A stretch of 41,407 bases of DNA from a virus: the IMG/VR virus record IMGVR_UViG_3300048074_000118. The stretch is one strand, 5' to 3'. The position numbers and the translations under genes are program-made. Positions within the stretch are counted from its first letter, which is position 1, and the number at the start of each line of letters is the position of its first letter. Positions 8,795 to 17,000 of the stretch are shown here, piece after piece. Below the pieces are notes generated by a model. It did not search any database and was not told the DNA's origin. It saw nothing but the letters and a program-made list of their open reading frames with translations.

Positions 8795-8903
8795 CGCGAG
8801 AGTTCTCCTTGCGACGCGATTCTTGCGGCTGACCCCGATGCTCGCTCAAGTCCAATCTAATTAGACTTGGAATGCCGGCGCGTTGGGTGCGAGCGTGACG
8901 CGC
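8795..8903. promoter_or_regulatory. Divergent intergenic control region between the capsid operon (-) and the gpW/portal operon (+), with an AT-rich palindrome
   Basis: Perfect 10-bp palindrome TCTAATTAGA (8856-8865) flanked by CCAA/TTGG (8852-8870). It is the most AT-rich spot in an otherwise GC-rich structural region. Confidence 0.45.
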
Positions 8904-9449
8904 ATGGGCAACCTCGAGCTCACCGCTCTTCCCGAGTCCTTCCCCGCCGGCACGACGGTGATCTACACCAAGTCGTTCACGGGTTTCTCGTCCGCTGAAT
9001 GGACGCTGAAGCTTTATCTGGCGGGCGCGTCGGTGATCAATGTGACGGCCGCGGCCGAAGGCACGGGCTTCAAGGTCACGCTGGCCGCCGGCGATACGGA
9101 CGACTTCCCGGCCGGCACCTATCAGTGGACAGAGCGCCTGGAGAAGACCGGCGCCGTCTGCGACATCGCCTCCGGGACGGTGATCCTCACTCCGAACCTG
9201 GCCACCGCGACCGCGGGGAGCCTCCAATCGTGGGCCGAGCGCGTCCTCCCGCTCGTGGAGGCAGCGATCGCCGGCCGCATTCCGAGCGGGATGGAGAGCT
9301 ACCAGATCGCCGGGCGCGCGGTGAGCAAGATCCCCATTCCGGAACTCAAGGCTTTCCGCTCCTCGCTCCTCGTGGAGATCTCCCGCCTCAAGCACCCCAA
9401 GCGGATCAGCCGGCCCATCTACATCAAGTTCCCTCCGACAGGGGCATGA
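8904..9449 (+). CDS. gpW-like head-tail joining protein with N-terminal extension (181 aa from ATG 8904; alternative TTG start at 8883)
   Basis: Immediately precedes the portal with an ATGA overlap. The C-terminal 'SYQIAGRAVSKIPIPELKAFRSSLLVEISRLK' resembles lambda gpW-family sequences. Confidence 0.55.
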   Translation: MGNLELTALPESFPAGTTVIYTKSFTGFSSAEWTLKLYLAGASVINVTAAAEGTGFKVTLAAGDTDDFPAGTYQWTERLEKTGAVCDIASGTVILTPNLATATAGSLQSWAERVLPLVEAAIAGRIPSGMESYQIAGRAVSKIPIPELKAFRSSLLVEISRLKHPKRISRPIYIKFPPTGA

Positions 9450-10960
9450 CCATGAAGCGACCGATCGGACAGCGGCTGGTGCGCGCCTGGCGCGAGATCC
9501 AGGGCAAGCGCTCCTCGGACTACAAGGGCGCCGATATGACCCGGCTCCTTCTCGACTGGGTCGCCAAAGCGCTCACCCCCGACGAGGAGATCAAGGGCTC
9601 CATCCGTAAGCTCCGGGCTCGAGCGCGCGAGCTCTCCCGCAACGAGGGCTACGGCAAGCAGTACCTGCGCCTCCTCACCACGAACGTGATCGGGCCCCAG
9701 GGGTTCGACATGCGCGCCCAGGTGATGAAGAGCGAGAACCTCGACACGGTGACGAACAGCGCCATCGAGCTCGCCTGGTGGCATTGGTCCACCGGCAAGG
9801 TCACCGTCGACGGTCGCCTGACCTTGCGGCGGCTGCAGAAGGTGCTGCTCCGCGCGGTCGCCCGGGACGGGGAAGTCTTCGTCCGCCGGTGGCGCTCCTT
9901 CGAGGGGAACCCCTTCGGCTACGCCCTGCAGGCGATCGACGCCGATATGCTCGACGAGACCTACAACCGTGCCCGCGGTTACGGCCGCAACGAGATCCGC
10001 ATGGGCGTCGAGGTCGACAACCTGGGTCGCCCCGTTGGCTATCACTTCTTCAAGGTGCCAGAGAACCGCGTCATGGACGTCGGCGATGCGGGGCGCACCT
10101 TCGTCCCGGCCGATCAGATCCTGCATCTCTACGATCCGGACCGGCCGAACCAGACCCGCGGCGTGACCTGGTTCCATCCCATCATGGTCCCCATGAAGAT
10201 GCTGGGGGGGTACGAGGAAGCCGAGCTCGTCGCCGCTCGCACCGCGGCCGCAAAGATGGGCTTCATCCTGTCCGCGGATGGGAGCAGCGATCCCGACTCG
10301 GACCAACCCGCGGAAATGGAGGCATCCCCTGGAGTGTTGGAGCGCCTCGACGCCGGCGAGACCTTCGCCCCATGGGATCCCCAGCATCCCTCGACGGCCT
10401 TCTCCATCTTCGTGAAGTCCATCCTGCGCAAGATCTCCTCTGGCCTGGGCGTCTCCTACAACGCACTCGCCAACGACCTCGAGGGCGTCAGCTACTCCAG
10501 CATGCGCTCCGGCCTCCTCATCGAACGCGATCACTGGAAAGACCTCCAGGAGGACTGGGTAGAGGACTTCCTGAAGCCCGTCTTCGAGGACTGGTTGAAC
10601 ATGGCGCTTCTTACCGGCGCCCTGGTCCTCGACTCCATGGACGCCAGGCGCTACGCCGCCGATGTCGTCTGGAAGCCTCGCCGCTGGCAGTGGGTGGATC
10701 CCCAGAAGGACGTGGCCGCGACCGAGAACGCGATCGCCCTGGGGCTCACCTCCCGGACCAAGGCCTGCGCCGAGTCGGGTGATGACTTCGACGAGAACCT
10801 GCTCAACCTCGAGCGAGAGATGGAGGCGGCCCGCAAGAAGGGCGTGCCGATCCAGGGTAAGCCCACCGCCGCGCCTCCCCAGCCGTCCCCCGCTGATCTG
10901 GAGGACGATGCCGAATCCGAAGACGACGGCCAGCGGACCCTGCTGGCCGGGAGGTTCTAA
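9446..10960 (+). CDS. Portal protein, lambda (gpB) family (504 aa)
   Basis: Motifs 'RELSRNEGYGKQYLRLLTTNVIGPQGF', 'GVEVDNLGRPVGYHF' and 'QTRGVTWFHPIMVPMKMLGGYEEAELVAARTAAAKMGFI'. Confidence 0.9.
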   Translation: MTMKRPIGQRLVRAWREIQGKRSSDYKGADMTRLLLDWVAKALTPDEEIKGSIRKLRARARELSRNEGYGKQYLRLLTTNVIGPQGFDMRAQVMKSENLDTVTNSAIELAWWHWSTGKVTVDGRLTLRRLQKVLLRAVARDGEVFVRRWRSFEGNPFGYALQAIDADMLDETYNRARGYGRNEIRMGVEVDNLGRPVGYHFFKVPENRVMDVGDAGRTFVPADQILHLYDPDRPNQTRGVTWFHPIMVPMKMLGGYEEAELVAARTAAAKMGFILSADGSSDPDSDQPAEMEASPGVLERLDAGETFAPWDPQHPSTAFSIFVKSILRKISSGLGVSYNALANDLEGVSYSSMRSGLLIERDHWKDLQEDWVEDFLKPVFEDWLNMALLTGALVLDSMDARRYAADVVWKPRRWQWVDPQKDVAATENAIALGLTSRTKACAESGDDFDENLLNLEREMEAARKKGVPIQGKPTAAPPQPSPADLEDDAESEDDGQRTLLAGRF

Positions 10961-10962
10961 TC

Positions 10963-11409
10963 ATGATGAAGCTCACCAGGACGCTCCTGGTCCTCGCTCT
11001 TTCTCTGGCTGCCATCTTCGCGATGGGCAACGTCGATCCGGACTCCACCCGGTGGGACAACGCCGGCGAAGGCACCTATGGCCTCACCGTGGACCTCGCG
11101 GCAGATGCTGACACGGTGGTCTGGTTCGGCTTCCAGGCATGGACGAGCGATGTCTACCGCATGAACGTCGACATCATCGTGACGCCGCTGCTGAACACCG
11201 GCCGACGGATCGTCGACGGCCCGCCCTGGTCGAAGCTGCCCACGGCCAACCCTCGAGCGGGGAGCTCACTCTATGTCTGGGGGCCCGACACGTTGACCGT
11301 TACCAACCCGTCGACGAGCTACTGCTGCGACGGCATTAAGGGATGGCGGATCACCGCGATCGACACGACGGGATATGTGAAGGTGTACGCGACGGGTGGG
11401 CGCCCGTAA
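10963..11409 (+). CDS. Secreted protein with Sec signal peptide (148 aa), function unknown
   Basis: N-terminus 'MMKLTRTLLVLALSLAAIFAMG'. Tightly packed between the portal and the next gene. Confidence 0.7.
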   Translation: MMKLTRTLLVLALSLAAIFAMGNVDPDSTRWDNAGEGTYGLTVDLAADADTVVWFGFQAWTSDVYRMNVDIIVTPLLNTGRRIVDGPPWSKLPTANPRAGSSLYVWGPDTLTVTNPSTSYCCDGIKGWRITAIDTTGYVKVYATGGRP

Positions 11410-13604
11410 TGCGCCCGCTGGCCATCGGTCTCATCCTCGCCTTGCTGTCGGTCTTCATGGCCCTTCCAGCCATCGCCGCCGACTGGTACAGCCCGGACTG
11501 GGGCTACCGCGTCAAGGTGACGGTCGATCAATCCAAGATCCCCGGGACGGCGGACCTCACCGACTTCCCCGTGTTTGTTGACCTACGCAACGTCTGGGGA
11601 TACAGCGCGTGGGGGCTGGAGTTGCAGTCGGATGGCAGTGACATCGTGGTCACGGATTCGGCGGGGACCACGAAGCTCTCCCGGGAGTTGGTGTCGTTCA
11701 ACAAGACCACTCCCAGCGGAAGGCTGTACTTCAAGGCCCCTACGCTCAAGGGGGCGACCAACACCGAGTTCTGGATCTACTGGGGCAGCGAGTCCGCGAG
11801 CGAGGTCAATTCTGCGGCGGTGTGGTCCAGTTCGTTCGGGCTGGTCGCCCACTGCGCCGGGGATACCTCGTCGGTGGGTAGCTACACGGCGACGCAGACT
11901 TCCGTCGGCAAGACGGATACCACGTCCATCGGATCGCCCGCTTGGTCCTATGTCAGAACGACGCCGAGCAAGTCGGTGTGGAACAACTCGGCCATCTCGG
12001 GGAACACATGGACCTTGACGGCTTGGATCAAGTCGTCGGACGGAACCACGAACGCGATCCCGCTCGGACTTGGCGGGACGTACAACGGGCTGATCTCCGC
12101 CGCACCATCAGGGTCTCTCACCTACAGCAACTATGACGGAACGGGGAGGCGCGTACTCGACCCGCCGGTGAGAGACGGAAGCTGGCATCGCGTCGCCGTT
12201 GTGGCCAGGGATGCAACAGCCGATTCGACCTACGGCGTTGTTGACGGCACGCGCTGTGCAGCGGGCGGCACCTACGGTTCTCCCCTGGCCCCGTATTCCA
12301 TTGCTGCCAACATCCGGTTCGGCATCAACATCACCGACCAGTCTGGGCAGGCTTGGACGGGATCGCTCGCGGAAGTTCATATTGCCAATGTGGAGCGATC
12401 GCAGGCGTGGCTCGTTGCCGACGCCAACAACTATAAGTCTCCGTCCACGTTCTACGCGGTGAGCGCGGTCGAGACGAACGTAGCCCCAACCATCGTGCTT
12501 CCCGACACGATCTATGCCGTGGTCGGGCGTGCTACAGGGATCGAGTACACCCAGATCACCCCGCAGATTCCCGGCGCTTCGCACTACGTCTACACCTGCA
12601 CCGCAGACAGCGGCTCGGTTGGTGCAGGCGGATGGAGTTTCACTCCGGCCGGAGTGGGAGACCTGCCCATCGTGTTCAGCGTGCGGGATTCGATCTTCGT
12701 GCTTGGCGACACCACCGTTACGGACACGGTCACGGTATCGGTTGTTGCCAAGGATCGCGGGACTGGCAGTTACAACGTCCTGTTCGTGGGAGATTCCCTC
12801 TTCGACCAAGGAGCCGTTGGCGTCGACACTTGCTACTCGGCGGCATACGCGTCGTCCTACTTCACGGCAGATGGCGGGGCGAGCATCGCCCTCATCGGCA
12901 CACAAGGGACCGCGCCCACGCTGCATGAAGGGCACGGCGGGTGGGACTGGACCGACTACACAACCGCGAACGGTGGCGAGAACCCATTCTGGGATGTCGA
13001 CCACCTGGACTTCCATGCCTACTTTGGGTACTACGGGCTGTCGGCTCCCGACTTCGTTGTCATCAGCCTCGGCGGAAACGATCTCTATAACCTCGCGTAC
13101 ACCAACGTCGCCCTAACCGATTCTGTCTGGGCGCTCTGGGCGGCGAAGATCGACGCCTTCTGCGACACCCTCCTGTCCGCAGACTACGGCTACCCCGACT
13201 GCAAGATCGTCCTGCCGATGGTGAGCTTGAGCAACAGTCGGTATGCGGCATGGATCGCCAACTATCCGACGCTGCCTGACCGGCGCGACAACTACGAGGC
13301 GGCGGCGGCGAGCTACCGAGCGCGTCTCTTCGCACGGTACGGCGACGGCGCGTTCAATGCCAACGTCTCAGTATGCGACATCGGGGCGAGCACGGATCGG
13401 ACCGCCGACTACCCTGCGAATAACTACCTTCACCCGACAGCGCCCCTGGGTCATGTCCCGATGGCCACGGCGTACTACTCGCACCTGCGGGCGCTGATCG
13501 CCGCCGAGGCGTCCTCGGCAACCAGTTCCGTCCTGGGCATCTCCGCAACGAAGCGAGGCCTCGGTCTCCGCCCGCGCCAGGGACGGCTCGGTATCCGACA
13601 CTGA
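11409..13604 (+). CDS. Secreted DUF2341 - LamG/concanavalin-like - SGNH/GDSL esterase multidomain protein (731 aa)
   Basis: Signal peptide 'MRPLAIGLILALLSVFMALPAIA'. DUF2341-type start 'DWGYRVKVTVDQSKIPGTADLTDFPVFVDL'. LamG-like 'SLAEVHIANVERSQAWL'. SGNH blocks 'VLFVGDSLF', 'ISLGGNDL' and 'NNYLHPT'. Confidence 0.8.
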   Translation: MRPLAIGLILALLSVFMALPAIAADWYSPDWGYRVKVTVDQSKIPGTADLTDFPVFVDLRNVWGYSAWGLELQSDGSDIVVTDSAGTTKLSRELVSFNKTTPSGRLYFKAPTLKGATNTEFWIYWGSESASEVNSAAVWSSSFGLVAHCAGDTSSVGSYTATQTSVGKTDTTSIGSPAWSYVRTTPSKSVWNNSAISGNTWTLTAWIKSSDGTTNAIPLGLGGTYNGLISAAPSGSLTYSNYDGTGRRVLDPPVRDGSWHRVAVVARDATADSTYGVVDGTRCAAGGTYGSPLAPYSIAANIRFGINITDQSGQAWTGSLAEVHIANVERSQAWLVADANNYKSPSTFYAVSAVETNVAPTIVLPDTIYAVVGRATGIEYTQITPQIPGASHYVYTCTADSGSVGAGGWSFTPAGVGDLPIVFSVRDSIFVLGDTTVTDTVTVSVVAKDRGTGSYNVLFVGDSLFDQGAVGVDTCYSAAYASSYFTADGGASIALIGTQGTAPTLHEGHGGWDWTDYTTANGGENPFWDVDHLDFHAYFGYYGLSAPDFVVISLGGNDLYNLAYTNVALTDSVWALWAAKIDAFCDTLLSADYGYPDCKIVLPMVSLSNSRYAAWIANYPTLPDRRDNYEAAAASYRARLFARYGDGAFNANVSVCDIGASTDRTADYPANNYLHPTAPLGHVPMATAYYSHLRALIAAEASSATSSVLGISATKRGLGLRPRQGRLGIRH

Positions 13605-13617
13605 CGGAAGGAGCACG

Positions 13618-13995
13618 ATGAAGCGAGCGGCCAATCTGATGCGGGCGACAGTCCTTGTGTGGCTCCTGGCGATGGGTGCCTTCCTCCTTCTCGCTGCCCC
13701 CTATTCCTCGGGGCAGGAGCTCAACGGGAAAGCGATCGAAGGGATCCGCGCCGGCGAGCTGATCGCGCTCATCAACATGCTCTTCACACTGGCCGGCATC
13801 ATCGGCGTTGCTGCGGTGAGCCACTACCGCCTGGGGCAGGCGGAGAAGATCCTCCAGGAGCTGCGTCAGGATCTGGCGAAGCACACTGCCTCCGACGTCG
13901 AGCTCGCGCGCTTCAAGGGCACCATCGATCAGGGCATCAAGGACATGCAGCGCCGACTCCAGTACCTCGAAGACCGGGAGAACGGGATCCAGTGA
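13618..13995 (+). CDS. Holin-like membrane protein (2 hydrophobic segments plus a coiled-coil tail, 125 aa)
   Basis: GGAAGGAG RBS. Sits directly upstream of the endolysin and is GTGA-coupled to it. Confidence 0.6.
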   Translation: MKRAANLMRATVLVWLLAMGAFLLLAAPYSSGQELNGKAIEGIRAGELIALINMLFTLAGIIGVAAVSHYRLGQAEKILQELRQDLAKHTASDVELARFKGTIDQGIKDMQRRLQYLEDRENGIQ

Positions 13996-14510
13996 GCCCC
14001 GCCTACCTCGCCCGCGTCCAAGAGCGAATCGAAGGACTCATCGTCGAAGCTCAGAAGCCGGCGCTCGTTCTCCTCGCCGGCGCCGCTGACCAGGGTGTCG
14101 CCCTGCGGATCACCCGCACCGTCGACACCTGGGCGACCCAGGCAGCCTACTTCGCACAGGGACGGCAGGCGCTCGACCAGGTCAACGCGCTGCGCGCCGG
14201 CGTGGGCCTCGCCCCCATCACCGAGAGGCAGAATCGGTTCACCGTGACGAAGGCGCGCCCCGGCCGCAGCTGGCACAACTGGCGACGCGCTCTCGACGTC
14301 GTCCCCGTAGATGAGGCGACGTCCCCCGATCTTCGGGATCCCGACAACCCCCTCTGGAACGCGCCCTACTGGCCGGCGCTTGGCGAGCTCGGCGAGGCGC
14401 TGGGCTACGAGTGGGGCGGCCGCTGGGGGGACAACCCTCACTTCCAGTGGACTCACGGCGCCACTCTCGATGGGCTGCTCGCGCAGTTCCCCCAGGGGCT
14501 TCACCTATGA
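13992..14510 (+). CDS. Endolysin, peptidase M15 (VanY / L-alanyl-D-glutamate peptidase type, 172 aa)
   Basis: Zinc-ligand pattern 'SWHNWRRALDVVP ... WGGRWGDNPHFQW'. No signal peptide. Confidence 0.8.
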   Translation: MSPAYLARVQERIEGLIVEAQKPALVLLAGAADQGVALRITRTVDTWATQAAYFAQGRQALDQVNALRAGVGLAPITERQNRFTVTKARPGRSWHNWRRALDVVPVDEATSPDLRDPDNPLWNAPYWPALGELGEALGYEWGGRWGDNPHFQWTHGATLDGLLAQFPQGLHL

Positions 14511-15418
14511 GAACGCTCGTCGCCAGTGGAGGCGCCTTCAAGGGCGCCGTCCAGGTCGGGATGATCGACGGCCTCTGCGCAGCCGAATGGCTCCGCCAGC
14601 GGAATCCCCCGACGCGCATCCCCGGCTCCTGGGTCCTCCCGTGGCAGCTCTACCTCGGAGTCTCGACGGGGAGCCTGCAGGCTTCGATCGCCGCGTGCGG
14701 CCGCTACTCCGACGTCGAGAAGCTCAGGGCTCGCTGGGCAAGCCTTCAAGGGATCGGCGACATCATGAAGATGCGCGCCGGCGGTTGGCTTCGCCTCGTC
14801 CCCCTCGTCAAAGGCGGCTCGCTCTACTCCTTCGCCCCGCTCCGAAAGATCCTCGAGAAGGATCTCGCTGACGACGATCTGCTGCGGATCCGCCGCGCTG
14901 GCAACCGGTTCCTCTGCGGGTACACCGACATGGAGACCCTCACCTACAAGCTGGCGGACGATCGCAACACGAACATCCGGACCTGGATCGAAGCGAGCTG
15001 CTCGGTGCCCGGCTATCACGAGGGGGTCTTGGGCCGCTACTTCGACGGCGGGGTCCGTAACGTCACCCCCCTCGCGGACGCGATCCGCGCCGGCGCCACG
15101 AAGATCGATGTGCTCCTGGCTTCCCCCTTGAAGCCGGTCGTCAAGAACGTGCCGAGGACGGTGATCGGCCGGGTAGGGAGAGCGATCGACGGGCTCACAA
15201 ACGAGATCATGCGCGGCGATCTGCGCGAGGCGGCGCTGCGCAACCGCTATCCCCGCCCCGGCGATCGCCAGCTCGAGATCCGCGTCTTCATGCCGGAGAC
15301 GCCGGTCAACGACTCCTGGTCGCTCAAGCCCGGCGACTACGCGCGGATGTACCGCATCGGGTTCGGATTGGCCGCCCGACCACTCACCGTGGCTGAGGCG
15401 CTTGGAGAGGAGATCTGA
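14507..15418 (+). CDS. Patatin-like phospholipase (303 aa)
   Basis: Oxyanion 'SGGAFKG', nucleophile elbow 'GVSTGS' (GxSxG) and catalytic 'FDGGV' (DGG). ATGA-coupled to the endolysin. Confidence 0.8.
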   Translation: MRTLVASGGAFKGAVQVGMIDGLCAAEWLRQRNPPTRIPGSWVLPWQLYLGVSTGSLQASIAACGRYSDVEKLRARWASLQGIGDIMKMRAGGWLRLVPLVKGGSLYSFAPLRKILEKDLADDDLLRIRRAGNRFLCGYTDMETLTYKLADDRNTNIRTWIEASCSVPGYHEGVLGRYFDGGVRNVTPLADAIRAGATKIDVLLASPLKPVVKNVPRTVIGRVGRAIDGLTNEIMRGDLREAALRNRYPRPGDRQLEIRVFMPETPVNDSWSLKPGDYARMYRIGFGLAARPLTVAEALGEEI

Positions 15419-15419
15419 C

Positions 15420-15647
15420 GTGTTCAAGAAGATCGGCAAGAAACTCTGGACCGTGATCGGGAGCGCCGTACTCCTTCCCGCGCTCTACGTGACGCTCACG
15501 AAGAAGGTCGGACTCGACGAGGCCGCGGCCCAACAGGTGATCGAGGTCGTCGGAGGCCTCGTCGGTCTCGGCATCGTGAGCCACGCCGCTACCGACATTG
15601 CCGTCACGCGGAAGGTCATCGACAGCAAGCGATCTGCCGGCGAGTGA
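15420..15647 (+). CDS. Small 2-TM membrane protein (75 aa, GTG start); second holin/antiholin candidate
   Basis: Two hydrophobic helices. Starts 1 nt after the patatin stop. Confidence 0.55.
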   Translation: MFKKIGKKLWTVIGSAVLLPALYVTLTKKVGLDEAAAQQVIEVVGGLVGLGIVSHAATDIAVTRKVIDSKRSAGE

Positions 15648-15883
15648 TCGCCGGAAACCCACGCGAGTCCCGTGGCCGTGCCACACCGGATTCCCGCCCT
15701 CGGTACGCTCAGTCTCTTCCAGTGTTGAGTTCAGCCAAAGCAATGAGTTCATCGTTCTCTCTGGCCTGGCAAGGGTCTCATTGGTAGTATCTCGGCCCCG
15801 ACAGAGTGGATTCTGGCTTGTATGCCACATGCGACACTCTGCCGAGGCCGCGGTGCATTACTGCGGGGACAAGGGGAGACGCG

Positions 15884-16438
15884 ATGATCGATAGAAGCAC
15901 CCGAAATGCGATCATAGACATCGGATACATGTCGGTGGGTTCCGGTCTTTTTCTCTTGAGCACGGAACCCGTCGGCCGTTTCGTTGTCCACTCACTGCTT
16001 CCAGCCTTGGGACTTACATCAGACTCGGGAGTTCTAGGATCGGTTGCTATCGTGATATTCTTTCTTCTGTATGCGGCCCCGTTTGCCCTGGTCGCCCGAT
16101 ATCTCCTTCGGCGATTCCCGGTGGATGTTCCCGAGAGGTGGCTACCACTGGAGGATCTGGCCCGTGCTCGCAAATCTCTCGCGAGTTCCGTAGAATTCCT
16201 CGACACCCTGGCAGCTGATATCGCCAAGAACGAGCGCAGAAGGCTGGAACTTGAGGCGTTGGTCGAATCTCTCAAGGCTGCGTCCTCGGAGAGCGCGAAT
16301 GATCTCCGCGAGAAACTAGCAGCCATAGACTACGTTCGTCGGCGGGGGAGCTACCTGCGCACCGCCTTCACGTTCCTGCTCGGAGTCCTGGCTTCTCTAG
16401 CGGCGCAGACCATTTGGAGCGTTGCGACGAAACGATGA
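15884..16438 (+). CDS. Membrane protein (about 3 TM plus a coiled coil, 184 aa); moron-like accessory gene
   Basis: GGGGAG RBS before ATG 15884. Locally more AT-rich. Isolated by non-coding DNA on both sides. Confidence 0.6.
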   Translation: MIDRSTRNAIIDIGYMSVGSGLFLLSTEPVGRFVVHSLLPALGLTSDSGVLGSVAIVIFFLLYAAPFALVARYLLRRFPVDVPERWLPLEDLARARKSLASSVEFLDTLAADIAKNERRRLELEALVESLKAASSESANDLREKLAAIDYVRRRGSYLRTAFTFLLGVLASLAAQTIWSVATKR

Positions 16439-16496
16439 TCTTGCCACCCCTCCCATCAGCACGCGGCCCTGAGAGCTTGCCTAGCATGGTCGCCGT

Positions 16497-17000
16497 TCAC
16501 TCCGCCTCCGGAGCGATTGAAGGCACGCGGTCGATCGACGCCTGAATCACCGCCGGCGGAGCCGGCGGCAGATACGAACGGCGGAGCCCCCCGATCGAGC
16601 ATGTACAGCGGTAGATGACCTCCGTCCTGGCGTTCGCCGGGTGCGGACCATGAAGGATGGGAGGATCAGTCAACACCGGAGCAAGATAGGAAACCGCCGG
16701 GCTCGCCTCTGACTCCCCCGCCCGGCAGAGCGAGAGAGACTCCCAGCTCCCCTGCCATGCGGCGCCACACGCGAAGCAGAAGACCCTGACGAGCTGCTCC
16801 CCCGGCGCGAATCGCACCGGCCAGTACTGAAGCGCGTACCACCGCCGTCCGCGCCGAAGGGCCGCCGGCGGCTCCGCCACCCGGTGCTCCCCGCAGTTGG
16901 GAGCACCGTGCCCCTCGAGGACTCCGACTCGAAGCCCCTCGGCCGGGATGATGACCAGCTGGCCTTCCGCGTCAGCCCGCGGCTTCTTCAGGAGTGTCAT
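16497..17000 (-). CDS. Cys-rich hypothetical protein (167 aa), last gene of the early operon
   Basis: GAGGGTGAAG RBS. Overlaps the upstream gene by 29 nt. Confidence 0.5.
   Translation of the reverse strand: MTLLKKPRADAEGQLVIIPAEGLRVGVLEGHGAPNCGEHRVAEPPAALRRGRRWYALQYWPVRFAPGEQLVRVFCFACGAAWQGSWESLSLCRAGESEASPAVSYLAPVLTDPPILHGPHPANARTEVIYRCTCSIGGLRRSYLPPAPPAVIQASIDRVPSIAPEAE

Noticed and set aside
9419-10534. 371-aa minus-strand ORF and 334-aa plus-strand ORF (9778..10782) over the portal gene
   Set aside because: The portal frame has clear lambda-portal motifs. The alternatives are Arg/Gly/Pro-rich frames of the same GC-rich DNA.
15648-15883. Possible tRNA or small RNA in the 236-nt gap after the lysis cassette
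   Set aside because: I could not find a cloverleaf, a T-loop consensus or a strong hairpin. There is only a weak 5-bp stem (15659-15675).
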